Source: Antedon mediterranea
Lineage: Eukaryota > Animalia > Echinodermata
DNA: 64,000 nt
NCBI RefSeq assembly: GCF_964355755.1
Contig: NC_092673.1
Location: 23,185,648-23,249,647, forward strand
Direction: 5' to 3'
The translations under genes and the position numbers were made by a program. The notes under the pieces are model-generated. The model searched no databases, had not been told where the DNA came from, and saw only the letters and a list, made by a program, of their open reading frames with translations. Positions within the stretch are counted from its first letter, which is position 1. Each line of letters begins with the position of its first letter. Of this stretch, positions 27,877-42,800 are shown piece after piece.

Positions 27877-30800
27877 GTATGTTGTAATACTCCAGATTCT
27901 ACATTGGTATTCATAAACAGTATAGTAAGGTTACTGGTAGAATAATGACATTTTAATAATTATATTATTTACTTGAAAAATAATAAATTAATTTTCGTTT
28001 CTATTTTCCCTTGATCTTTTGCAACCTTTTATTTTGCATCTTTGCATTGAATATAATAGTGCATGAAAATTAAACAGTGGATTAAAACGATTCACGGTAG
28101 GGCCAAACAAAGTATCACCTTATAGGGGTTCCCAAACCTACCTACCTATCCTCTTCGGGCCCTTTGGCTCAGTAGCTGTGGTCTCCCAAAGGAGGGGTTT
28201 GAGAAGTTTATATTTCATGAAAGGGCAAAAATGCTTGAATCGGTAATGTAATCAATGTACAAGCAAAATGTGTGACTCTATGTGAAAACACTAACATTCG
28301 TATGTGTTATGTCTCATTGTGAAATCATTATGATTTCTATTTCTATACGTTGTTCTATAAGTTGTTACCCTATACATGCATTTATGTAATGATTGTTGAC
28401 TTGTTATGTTATGCCTATAATGCAAGTAATTAAATTGAATTGTGTAACCTGCAATCACAAAGTGAGAGTAAAATTGAATTATTTTTTCTCTTCCATTATA
28501 CCGGACACCTTTGGGCTGGCCTAATATGTCTGGTATTTGGAATGTGTTTCTAATGGTAAAAATGAATTTGGGACATTTTGGAAAAGTCTGGTTTTGGGAG
28601 AGTTTCTGGTTCCCAGAGAGTCCGTATTGGGTTGACTGTACATGGATGGAAAGAAATGTTATGTTTCTATTATTTCTTTACTAATAGTAATGAAATATGG
28701 AAGTTTTAATGTTGTGCTCATAAAATGTATGGTGGTGCAAGAATATCCCAAGGTTTTTAACTATAAATACATTGAAACAAATATTTTTCTATATTCTCAA
28801 CTACACTTCCAATTTTACCTTTATGTGATTGCAGGTTTGATATGTATGTTTGCACCATGTTCAATATCTTTCTCTTCACTTATGTTACTCTCTTTGCTTT
28901 ACTGTTCTAACCATTACGTTTCTAGTCGATGGAAACTGGTCTCCATGGCAACAATGGGGTGCATGTAGTAAAACATGTAAACAACAAGATGAGACCGGCA
29001 TGCAGAAACGTTTGCGACTTTGTAACAATCCCATGCCTGCCAACGATGGCCGTTTTTGTGTTGGTACAGACGCTCAATTCAGAGAGTGTAACACGAATGT
29101 AGATTGTCCGAGTAAGTTATTATTGGTGTCGACCGATAGTGGCCAGAGGTACCAACTTGGGGTTGATTGTTCCTTTCAAACATCATGTGTGTGTGTGTGT
29201 CACTCTATTTTTTTTCCTTGTGATGTTAATTTTATTGTAAGCATGATGGAATAAGAGAATGTTATAGCATTATCTTCAACCTTGCATATAATTCTGTTTT
29301 CGTCTTGATGATAATGCTTATTTTGTCAAAGCACTAAAGTAAGTGAGAGTAGTGTGGCATATTTAATCAAGGGAATGGTGAATCACATTCTATATATAAA
29401 AATTAACAAAATGGCAGTAAAGATAACATACAAGACAGTTTTTTTCCATTTATTGTTGCAATTACATGTGTCTATTCCCATCAAAATGATCAGAATAGTA
29501 CAGGAAGAAGGTTTCAAAATACATTTAAAAACTACCCTGGGCTACTGACAAATAAGACCCAATTTTCATACAAAAAAAGTGATTCCACCCTACTATAACC
29601 TGCTTATATTAATTTAAATAATTTAGTTGATGGCGGCTTTGGTTCATGGTCACCGTGGGAACCTTGTTCGAAGACGTGCGGTCGTGGAATTCGCACCAGA
29701 GAGCGTAAATGCAACAACCCATCACCACAGTACGGTGGTCGGGAATGTGAAGGCCGCACCACTGAACAAGTACTTTGCATTATGGGAGAGTGTGATGGTA
29801 TGTTGTAACAGGTTTTCACTTTCATAATTGAAGCATTTCACAAAGAACTTGCTCATTAGCATAACAAAGCAGGTGCAAGATGAACCAAGCCAGATTTCTA
29901 TGCTGGTTTGAATATCCTTATTTTGATTTCTATTTTACAAAATTGCTCAAACAAACCTTAATGTTTAAGTGTACTTGGTGGTATGAACTTAAATTTGGAG
30001 GTTCAAGAAAAAATGTACATACATAGATAAATTTAAATATGTTGTTCCCTGGTTATAAGCAACTCAAATTGTTATGTTTTGTTTTATGTGGAGGGTTATG
30101 GATACATTTATTTACTTGTTCCTATTATATTAAAGACTGCTTAGGATTCTCATTGACACCAATGACACAATAAATTGTCTGTTAAGACTTCCTTTCCACA
30201 AACTTTAACATGCGCTGCTGGTGTATAAGCAGTAACACTATATCCAGTGTTTTATGACAAATATTCACCTCTAGATTAAAGTTCTGGTAGTACAAATATA
30301 TATTTTAAAAAAAGAATGATTGCTTTTTATAATTATCTTTTACAATCTATACAACACAGTTTACGATAAACAAACTTATTTTAAAATTACTACTCCCTTG
30401 GTATGTTAGCATCTAAGCCTGTGCTATTTAATGTCTAATGACTTGTTTATAAAATGAATCTATGTATATATGGATTTGTAGTAATTAACTTTTTTTATTT
30501 TCAAACAGTTGATGGTAGATGGACAGAATGGGGTGCATGGGGTGACTGTTCTGTCTCATGTGGTGAGGGTATCAGCCAAAGGCAACGAATGTGTACACCA
30601 CCAATGAATGGAGGAAAACCATGTGAAGGCAGGGCCTTTGAAATCAATACCTGCTCCCCTGGCTCATGTATTTGTAAGTATTCTGCCCTAACCAATGCCC
30701 GACCATTAATAACACCTACTATGCTAGGCCTAGTTATCCAACAATACTAAAGTGTGTTTCTCCCTAAATCATTTGAGTAAATGTGGTAATTGCAGTTAAC

Positions 30801-33800
30801 TTTTTTATTTTCATATTTCATATATTTTCATTATTTATACTCATATACTATTTATGTCTTACACAAAATATTAGTTGTTGTTTATTATTGCAATCTTTAA
30901 TCTATACTATATATAATGTATATATAGTATATACTATATATATACTGGAATTATAATTTATGTATACATATTTTTTTTTCATTTACCAATATCGGTAGTT
31001 ATTTCATTTATAATTATCATGAAACTATTGAAATATAATTTAAATAATTTTTATAAAGAAGATGTTAGTTATGTTATTATACTGTAATTTTTTATCCTAA
31101 ATTATATAATTATATATTCTAGGTTATTTTTATTTTTTTAGTAATGTGTTTTGTTATGGGTCCCTACGAGACAAGTTTTTAACTTCTAGAAGGGATCCAT
31201 GATAATAATGACTACCAATTACTGCTTTATCTATGTTCACTTTAATATCTTTTTTCTATTTTGTATATATTCATTCATTATTATCTAAATAAATATTATC
31301 TGAATAATATCTGAATTTTTAGATAATGGAGGTTGGTCAGATTGGAGTGATTGGTCCGTTTGTTCGGTTTCTTGCGATGGCGGTGAACAGTTTCGATCAC
31401 GATCATGTAATGATCCCACACCATCGCCCAATGGGCTTCATTGTGAAGGTCTCACAAATCAATTCAGAGACTGCCATACAGAAGCATGTATACGTAAGTT
31501 TCATCATGTTTCAAAGTGGTTATATTTTTGAAGAATTTTTATTATTTTATCTTTGAAAATGTATTGATTTTGAAAATTTCCTGACGTTATTCTATCTTTA
31601 AACTTTTTTAGAACATGGTAACTGGGGTGAGTGGGCTGAATGGGAGCAGTGTGATCGGCCATGTGGTGTTGGACGACGAGTCCGCCGCAGAGAATGCAAC
31701 AATCCACCACCAAGTCTAGGAGGACGCACATGTCTAGGACAGAGTATTCATTCTAAGACATGCACACTCAGAGAAAGCTGTAAGTGCATTAGTTTAGTTT
31801 AGTTTCAGTTCACACAACATATTACACTATATATACATTCATACTTATAAATAATAATAAAACATTTGTATGTGGAGATCACAATAAGCCATAATGGCTT
31901 TAAGTCTGAACCTCCAGATAAAACAAACAATAAATAAATATGTCTCGAAAGAGACATCAATTGAAACTACATCTTCCACATGGTTGGATGTATGTTTAGA
32001 CACAGTTCAACAATTGAGAGCTTTCAATTTGATCTAGAAACTAGCTAGGTCATGCTACATCCTTGTTCATATGTTGGACATTGCTCTTATTTGTCAGACT
32101 ATTGTTTATTATCTTAACACATTTTTCAATTTTAGGTGATGGTAACTGGAGCGCGTTTGGACCATGGTCTGATTGCCCAGCAACTTGTGGACAAACGTTC
32201 AGGGTTCGTGAAAGAGTATGTGACAATCCACGGCCAATCCTTGGTGGTGCCTCTTGTTATGGACTTGCTGTTGAGCAAAGCAGATGTGTTGTACCTCCTT
32301 GTTTTGGTGAGCTTTATGGTTACTGTAATACATACATACAGTTTGTCTGTTGTTTGCTTCTCTGCACTAGTTGTTTAAATAAAAATATTTCTGTTACCAC
32401 ATCATTAGAAATGGTTACTTAAGAAATAAGAGAGTATCATTTTCACCTTTAATGAAGGTATATTTCATGTGATCTCTACAAACACTACAATTACCATTAT
32501 TCCACTAAATTATGAAAAATGGAAAATGTCAGGTGATATATCAGGCACTATAAACGTCTTCCAGAGATCTGAGAGATTCCTTTCACATTTCATTGTGTAT
32601 GGATTAAACAGATTTAATTATGGAATTGTAAAATCCTTTAAGAGATCGCTACACTAGACATTCCTACGATAGCTGTTGCATATGATTTCATCAATTACAG
32701 TATATCCACTGTTTTTAAAGTGGTGATGTGACAGCAGAACATTCTCTAAACTTAACTATAAATCTTTTCTTTTTACACTTTATAGCCAAACCAACAGAAA
32801 CAGCTGGAACAGTGTCTGGTTCTATTAATGACATTAAGATCACAGGTGGACTACTGTATGGTAACTTTACATCATCAAGTACTGAAACTGTTGTCAACTC
32901 GGTTATCTTTGGAATTCCACCAAAACTAGGTATTCTAACATTTCTTGACATGTTTAAAAACTGATATATAAATAACATATTTAGAAAACTATACCATATT
33001 CGTAATTCCATTAACTCTCAATAGTTTGGTGTATTTAATACCATGTTTTTCAGACTCTGAAACATGATTTTATAACCTGTTTGATAAATTTATTTTCATA
33101 TTGTTTTTAGGAAACTCCATGAGGATACTGTTGTCTATGATAAGTCCTATCTTCTGGACCGTTGCAAAAGAAGTGAATGGAGCTGCAAATGGATTGTCCT
33201 TAACAAATGGAATATTCCAACAGTCTTCAAGGGTTGAGTTTAATACTGGTGAGTTTAAGAATTTTACAAATGGAATTTTCCAACAGTATTCAAGTGTTGA
33301 GTTTAATACTGGTGAGGTACAAATGGAATATGCCAAAAGTATTCAAGTGTTGAGTTTAATACTGGTGAGGTACAAATGGAATATGCCAAAAGTATTCAAG
33401 TGTTTAGTTTAATATTGGTGAGGTACAAATGGAATATGCCAAAATATTCAAGTGTTTAGTTTAATACTGGTGAGTTTAAGAGTTTACAAATGGAATATTC
33501 CAACAGTCTTCAAGGGTTGAGTTTAATACTGGTGAGTTTAAGAATTTTACAAATGGAATATTCCAACAGTACTCAAGTGTTGAGTTTAATACTGGTGAGG
33601 TACAAATGGAATATGCCAAAATATTCAAGTGTTTAGTTTAATACTGGTGAGTTTAAGAGTTTTACAAATGGAATATTCCAACAGTCTTCAAGGGTTGAGT
33701 TTAATACTGGTGAGTTTAAGAGTTTTACAAATGGAATATTCCAACAGTATTCAAGTGTTGAGTTTAAAACTGGTGAGTTACAGATGGAATATTCCAACAG

Positions 33801-36800
33801 TATTCAAGAGTTGAGTTTAATACTGGTGAGTTACAAATGGAATATTCCAACAGTATTCAAGTGTTAAGTTTAATACAGGTGAGTTACAAATTAAATATTC
33901 CAAGAATATTCAAGTATTGAGTTTAAAACTGATGAGTTACAGATGAAATATTCCAACGGTATTCAAGTGTTTAGTTTAATACTTGTTGAGTTTGTCTTGC
34001 ATGCCAGCACCTGCTTGGATGTGTCGAATTTAATCAGAGTTTCCAAAATGCAAATAAAAAAAGGATGTGTCTGAGTGAAAGTTTAATCTCTCTTTTTACA
34101 TGCTACATCTTTTACCTTTGACTTTCCACTGCTATATTTCAGTTCTGTTTAGGACACGATGCGATATTCACTTTAATGACAAAGACAGTAGATGATTGTA
34201 GTGTGAAGAGGAAGAGGAGGGCAAGTGGGTTATTTTTGGTTGGTACTAAATACAAATGTACAGAATTGTTTTGTTTTTTACAGGCCAAACATTATACATC
34301 AATGTCAGTGCTATGGGTATGGATGAACAGAACTCTCTCAACTTTGATGTAACCATTGATGGAAACATGCCTGATTTTCAAACCGCATCATCTATTCGAC
34401 TTATCCCCTATGAGGAAGAATACCATCAACTTGCTGATGGAATACTGTATGCAAAATCAACACGTAACCTATTTGTAGACAACAGAGCCATGCCATACAT
34501 CTGGAACCATACGATTCACTATATTGGAGATCATATGCCTTTCTTGATCCAGAGACTAAATGCTAAAGAACTTCAAACACAGTACTCACAAGGCAGGCTG
34601 ATTTTCTTAGTTCGTGCTTCCATTGAACCAGGTAAGTCAGTGGTGCGAGTTTTTATGCAGTAGAAATTGAAACCAAATTGTTTTATCAGTTTTATTGTAC
34701 TTTATGCATTTTATAATAATCGTCACACTGTAATACATGCCACAATTCATTAAAGTGGTTATACTTATACTAAAATAATAATCATAATATTCATGAGGCA
34801 CTCGACTTTTACCAAATAGTATCACAGCCTGCAATGTAAAGAATAAGAATTTGTTAATAGCTTCAAACGGTGTGTCATATTGAAGAATGATGTATGCCAT
34901 ATGATAAGTATAGTTTTTTGGCACCCTAACCACAAAGAAGCAACTATTATTCTATACACAGTACAGTAGCTTTTTTGATGAAAATACTGATGTGTCTTTC
35001 TGTAGATTATGAGTATGCTGGTTCTGGCACCTGCCCACTTGGCTTTATTTATGATCCATCTGGTCCATTCTGCGTAGGTAAGTACAAGATACAGTTCCAA
35101 CATATACATGCCTGGAACACGGTTACCTTACCTGTGCTTCAATTTCATGCTTTAGTCCCCGTTTGTTTTTGTCAGTTTGGTCATGGTTTTCATTCAAGCC
35201 AGGTAATCTATAACTTACTAGGTTAGGAGGCACCCAAGTTCTGAGAAGGCTGAGACTCAACTGGTGCTAACCACAGTTTATTGGTTTGAACTCTATTAAC
35301 GACGTTTGTTTGGTTTGGCTGATAGCATAAACTTTCACTTACTCCCATTTCCTTCATTGCTCCAAATTTTCCGCTATACAAATTAAAATATGGATTAAAA
35401 AAAAAAAATTAAATTTCAGATCAGGATGAATGTAATTCGCATTTCCAAGTGTGCGCAGATACTTGTCACAATACTCTTGGTGGTTACTACTGCTCCTGTC
35501 CACCTGGATTTGTACTTAGTTCTAATGGAAGATCATGTAATGGTAAGTTGTGCTGTTCTTGTTATTGTCGCAAGTAATTTATACACACCTGAGAGTATTC
35601 TTGCCATTTGATTGGTTAATTATGTATCATGTGATTTTCAGTACTAGTTACTTAACTGAAGTGATATCTACTGGTGATAATTAATGGGTCTAATGTATGA
35701 GCACTGTGGCGCAGTGGTTAAAGCATTGGACTTGCAATCAGAGGTTGCCGGTTCAAGCCTGGCCCGGTCACTGCAGTGTTGAGTCCTTGAGCAAGATTCT
35801 TTATCCACATTGTTCCTCCCCACCCTTTTATGTAAAAAGTACTGGGAAGGTAAATCAGACACGTTGACACGAGTGGCGTACCCCCCACAAACATACACAC
35901 TTAGTGGAGTCTGGCCCAAACGCTAAGGAAATGGAGAAGGGCACCACAGCTGTTAGCACTAGCTTAGGTTTCGACTTTACCGTTACCTAATGTATGTTCA
36001 GCTTTTTTCAAGATGACCATTTTTGCCACACAAGAATGTTGACTGACCCCAAAAATAACCTGTTGCTCCTGCTGACTTATGTACTCTAAGTCCAAAATTG
36101 GAGCGCTGCCTTTTTAAACGGCCTAGCTTTCCGACCTAGTCTTTGACAATGTTTCAAAATGGAAGCAGTGGACTAATGAATGTTTGGTAGGTGTGTTATA
36201 AAACAAACTAATCTTTTTAGTTATCCGCTTGGTAGAGCGGATAACTCCTTGTTATTGTATGGGATCAATATTTTTTTTCTGTATTATTCTTCTTTCCTTC
36301 CTTCCTTTTTGTGAGTCGCGTTTCTCTAAAATGTGTAAACATAACATTTCATAACTTTGACAACATATGGGCATTTACGTGAAGTTGTGCACCTCCTATT
36401 TTTGAATGACGTCATAGTTGCGCAACGTGACTTACGCAAAATTTTATGAATTTCAATGATTGATCGTAGATTAAAAACCAAAAGTCATTTAGTATTGACA
36501 CTTTGACAAAATTTAAGTCATATCAGGGGAAAACTTTCTACGGATTAAAAATGGCATGTTTCACAAGAAGTTACGCGTTCAACATGCTCAAAGTTACTTT
36601 TTACACGTTTCTTGTCATTTTGAGCATGTCAAAAATTCCCACGGGCGCGCAATTTTTTACGCGCGCAGTGCGCACCTAGCGTTAAAAATTTATTTTTTTC
36701 TCTTGAATTATATTTTTCAAGCCTTTCCTAGTAATTTTGAAAACAATTTAGACCTTTTCCAGTTTAAATAACGGCATACGAACACGTTGAATTAGACAAT

Positions 36801-39800
36801 TCGTGCGCGTTTTTTATGAAAAAGCTTAAAAAATCGTCAAAATAATGTCTTTTTTTAAACAGTCATAGTTTCTAAAGTAAACCGTGAACCGTTTATTTTT
36901 ATTACAAAATCTAGAAGTTGATGAGTTGTAGATATCGGATCATGCATCGATAAGGCTAAAAAAACATTGTGACGTCATCGTATGGCCACACGAATGTAAA
37001 ATATAGGATTTTTGTCTCTTTCGTTATTGCTCATCACATTCAATAGAGCGCATCACGCTTATCTGTATTCCTTTTTCTCCTACATTTATATATTGTCTAG
37101 GTCAATCAACTTTCTTTAGCATGAGTTAAAAATATTTTAATTTTGATCACGTCATCATGCCTAAAAATTTTAATTACGTGGGTCATTAATTTCATCTTTA
37201 CAGTAAATTTTAATCTGTAATAGCTCGTAAGAATAAAATGGGATAATCAAGATTAAACGTTTTCTGGAAGCTATTGGATTGTAGATACGAAATCATGTGA
37301 ACTTTTCACCAGTCGGATGTTGTGACGTCATCACATGACAAGTTTAATTAAAAAGGTCAAATTTTTATCGTCTGCGTCAAAGTTCATCACATTTAAATGT
37401 GCGCGCACCAACATTTTACGTATTCAAATTTCTTCTACACGTTAATATTTTGTTGCTGAGATAATTATCTTCAGAATTGATATCTTTGTGTTTTTTTTTA
37501 TGACATCATCATGTTAAATATTTGAATTAAAGGCAGGTCCCATAATTCAGTTAATATGTCATATAATATACAGTAGTACAATGTACACCAACATAGGCTC
37601 TGATGTGAACAAATTGTTGTTTGCCGCCCTCTGTATCATGTAGAATTAATGTCTCCTTGTATACACAGTATACTGTATAATTATAATACAAGGCGAAAAT
37701 ACAGGACCACCTCTTATTATAGTTTTTAACATATGACGTGCACGTGCCGTCTGTCGTGCGGATAACTAACTCGTCAAAGTGACGAGTTTCATGTCTAGTT
37801 TTTGTTGTATTTGTTGAATAGAGTGAATATTTAATTTGATTGATTCCTCTATTTAAAATTTTTTTTCAGATTTAAATGAATGTGTTGTAAGTATTAATGG
37901 TGGTTGTCCAAATGGGACACAATGTTTCAATACATTTGGAAGCTTTCAATGTCTTGTGCAGTGTACTAAGGGATATACATTGTCCGATGATGGAACAAGA
38001 TGTGTTGGTATGTATATAGTACTCTACTGGTCAAACAATATATATCCAAAATCTTCAAATAATTTTAATTTGTGAAAGTACTAAAAATGATACTTGCAAG
38101 GATTTTTGCAAAATGTCGTCGTAAAATTGTTAGTACTTTCGATCTATTTGATCAACAAAAAAGAAAAATTTCTCTTTTATAATATATATCAGGAGAATGA
38201 GAGTCCCTAATGCTGGATTGACCACCCTCGTTAAATATTGTTTAAATAAATAAATGAAAATAAATTAAAACCTTCAGATGTGGATGAGTGCACGGCATAT
38301 AGACGTGGAAGATGTGCCCATGAATGTCGCAACACAATTGGTAGCTACGTCTGTATTTGTCGACCTGGATTTGAACTGGTAAACCAACGGCAATGTAGAG
38401 GTACAGTAATCCACATTGTTCAGACTCCTGTTGCCTACAATTTTGAAAAAAAAGACATTCAGTTATCTCATTTGATTCTATTTGTTCGAAAATATGTCCA
38501 AGACTACCAAGAGTCAATGAACCCCCAGCATATAAATATAAGAACCATAAAAAAGAATTACTTTACATTAATGTAACAACCTAATACACTATTGCTTAAA
38601 AGTACATGATATAATTAATGTTCTATAGTATTTGATTATATTATTTATGACACACATGAGTACATTCACGAAATTTTGGTTGATTTTGGATCACATGGCG
38701 TTGGTAATTTAGTTACAGTCAATGGAAAAGTTATATTCAATGATTCTATTCAATCATTTATTGTTTGTATTTTTTTCATCACTAGATTTACTCTAGAACA
38801 AAAAAACAATTAGTGTAGTGTAGTTTTTTTTTAAATGTGAATAATTTCATTCCTTAAAGAAACAACCTCGCCTTAGTTTTCAACTCATGAAAATATTTTC
38901 CCAATTTATAAACATTAATTTGTACAATCAACTTATTCTATTTTATTCTTTAAAGAAATAAATGAATGCAAGCGATATAAAGATATTTGTAGTAAGACCG
39001 AGAATTGCCGAAATAACTATGGTAGTTACACTTGCATATGTAAAGGAGGATATCAAAGAAATGATGGTTTCTGTAAAGGTAGGCTATTCTATTTTCATTT
39101 TCATCTTTTGGGTAATGTTGGACCACTGCCTTAAAAAGTTAGAAATGTAGACATTAAGCTCTGCCTACACTATCAAACTAGTTTGATAAAAGAAGTGTGC
39201 TATGCCCAAATATGGTAGTGCTATGCCCAAATATGGTAGCGATATCATCATGTCCATATATGGGCAAATCAAAAGTTTGATTTGAGTGTAGACCAGGATT
39301 TAGAGATGATAGAGATCTTTCCGCCCAAAGAAGATTAAAGAAGATTAAAGAAGATTAAAGAAGATTAAAGAAGATTAAAGTTAGAAAATTGGTTCAATCA
39401 CAGTCTGACCATAGAGATATTATAGTATAATATCTCTATTGTCTGACGGAACTCTTAATTCAGTGTAAGATCTTCCAGATGACTTACTTACTTACTTACT
39501 TAGCCGGGACATATCCAAACTTATATGTCTACATTTCTCCATAACGTCCTATCTGCCATTGAGACAGCCAGTTCATCTCTCTGCATACCAGTATCCGTCT
39601 GTAGTACATCAATGTATGTGAGTGCTGGACAGATGACTTAAGTGGACTATGAGATTGCTCAAATAATTTAAGTCAATAAACTACATTCTTACTTTAATGA
39701 AAGTTTATGAGTGCAATCGTACAAATAATTTCTTGAGGTGAAAATATTTGTTCTGTTGCACGAATATAAAACATTTATCATTTGTGTTAATATAACACAC

Positions 39801-42800
39801 ATACTTTTAATGAGAGACTAGAGTAAGGCCTGTAAACCATTCGAAAGATGTAACTACGAGTTCAATGGAATATTTATTGAATATCAGTGAAACACAATAA
39901 ATTCTTCTATCAAATAGTGTGTTATTAAATAAAGTATTATATTGTATCTTTCAGATGTGGATGAATGCACAATAGGAACATACCGATGTAGTCCAAATTC
40001 TGAATGTAGTAACACTGAGGGTAGCTATCTCTGCAATTGTAAGCCTGGATATAGACAGAGAGATGGAATTTGTGTCGGTAAGTACAACTTAACTTAACCG
40101 CTTGGCCACTCACCGCTCAGAATTGTTTGCATTCCATTTCCAAGGTCCAGGGTTAAATCTTGACCTACTGTATTTCCAGAGCTTGTAACTCATGACTCTT
40201 TCTTGTCCATTCTCTACGCCTCAAATAAGAGAGATAATTTATAGTTTATCCATCCTGTAACCTATCATATTTCTCGGAAAATGGAATAGTCCAGGCGCCG
40301 TAGCGGGTCGTACAAACATCTCTCACGCATGACATCGTCCTTATATTTAATTATTAAATAAATAAAAAACCAATTATTTACTAAATTCCACCTGTTATTT
40401 AAACCACAGATATCAATGAGTGTATGCAAGCCAATGTGTGCTTGTATCAGTGTAAGAACACCGATGGAGATTATGAGTGTATTTGCCCACCTGGACAAAT
40501 TAATCTCAGTGATGGAAAGTCATGCGTAGAATACCGCCCTGACAATACAAATAGGGAAATAGTTGAAAATACATCAGTATTTTCATGCCCCCCAAATAAA
40601 GAGTTCATAAACACTGACTGTTTCTGTAAAACTGGATACATAGAAACACAAACAGGCTCCTGCATTGGTAAGAATTTTATAATAATTTACTATTTTTATT
40701 ATGTTGTACTATGTTTATGTATTGTGCTATATTATGGTGCATCTATAATTATAATAATAATAATTGCCTTGTGAAATCATAGGCTAAGTTTACGGCTTTC
40801 GCTCTCTGCAGGTGAAATCAATTATTTGCATTTCTAGTTTAAAATTGTCTTATTATAATTATTATTATTATTGTTACTCTTTCTTTTATTTGTCTTGTAT
40901 ATAAACATATTGGATGTTCAATTCAATTTATTTTCCACATACGCCACCCACAAGCATGTACACATTTTAGTACATACATGAATGAATTGAAGGTATTTTG
41001 CAAATGCAATAGTTAATCCTTATTTCGTTTTAATTTCTTTACTAGATGTAAACGAGTGCATAACAGAAATTCATAGATGTGCTACAGATGATTTATGTAT
41101 TAATACTGAGGGATCTTACAGTTGTTTCTGTCCATCTGGTTACAGACTAAATGACCAAGATCAAGTATCTTGTGACGGTATGAGAAAAACCCAGTTGAAC
41201 TTTTCAGATAACCTTATAATGATTTAATTTTTGTTGTACTTAGACTCATTAATTGTTTTACTTATAGTATAACAATAAATGATAATAATAAACAATTATA
41301 GTTATGTTGAATAATACAGATTTTAATAACATTGTTTATGAATATTCTGGCTCTCTTTATTAGTTTATACATCATTTTACTTTCTATGGACCAGAGATTC
41401 TGAAATAAAAGATTGAATGAATGAATTTCCTGCATAATATTAAATATTAATGTCTTTTATCAGATATCAACGAATGTGAGAACTATAACTGTGGACTTGA
41501 CAAGACTTGTTTTAATATGTTGGGATCATTTAGATGCATAGATACACCATGCCCTGCTGGTTATAGCAGAACAATTGGGTAAGTGCAACAAGGTTTTATA
41601 AGAACATAAAGGAATAAGGAAAAGAAATTCTGGTATGTCACATTTATACTTTTATAGCCCATTTTGCTCTCATAATTTTCTGGAATGGAATAGACAATGA
41701 GATGTTTCATTCTTTTTTGCAATGTTTAATGTTTCATACATTATGGCTTCCGAATAACAACATATTTGTGAGTTCCATATTTTACAATGATGGATCAATG
41801 GGACTTTAGTTGTTGTAATTGATGCTTAAGCATAGTGTACATTAGCAAACATTACCAAACTTTTGTTCGCCACTATATTGAAAATTTCTTTAAAACTACA
41901 GGAAGTATTTGAGTCCTTCTGTAGGAAAACTAATTTGTCAAGAATGCGCACATCATAGCTTCTGAAAATTAGCTTTCTGTAGTTTCGCAAAGTTTTTCAA
42001 ATTTTCTTGCAAAACTTTATTTGCTTGGTTTTCCTAATTTAAGTTTACCAGTGTAGACTAGGCTTTAGTTTATCCATTTTTTTAGAAAAGTTACCTTAAA
42101 CATGATTAGAAAGAAACTGTATTTATCTGTGAATTGTAAATATAGATTCTAAATTTTGTCTCACAGTGGTTGTGTCTGTCAGAGCGGTTGTCAAGGAAGC
42201 CGTAGTGAATTGGTTTACAGGACAATAGCGTTAAAGCGAGGCATCCAAAAGGGTCAAGATCTACTTCGTCTCTACACTGTATATGAAACGGGCGACATTC
42301 AAAGAATCCATACAAACTCTGTTTACACTGTCATTAATGAACCAGACGAAGAAGTTAGTATATTTATTATTATATATATGTTTAATTTGTTAAGAAAGTG
42401 ATATAAATGTCTGCCTTTACTTCTTGCCTAGTCTACTGATATCAATTTCCTTAAAAAGATTGTAAAATATTTGGTGTAATTCCAAAATTCAGTAAAATAT
42501 TTACTTTATACTGTTATTAATGAACCAGGTGAAGAAGTTAGTATATTTATTATTATATATATGTTTTATAATTTTGTTAGGAAAGTGATATCGGTGTCTG
42601 CCTTTATTAGGCACCTGATTCAGATAGAAATGTTAAATTAATATATAAATTCTGACAAATTAATTTCTTTATTATTTTCAGGCTGTGCCATTTGCCATTC
42701 GCCCTGATCTATCTGGTGGTGGAATGCTGTACACACTCAAGGAATTCAACCAAATGGAAGAGTTCCGTGTCAAAGTTCAAGCAATTGGCTACTCATATGA

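Noticed and set aside
35700-35772. tRNA-Cys(GCA) gene
   Set aside because: Acceptor and anticodon stems pair poorly, there is no oligo-T terminator, and the sequence continues into a SINE body bounded by a TSD.
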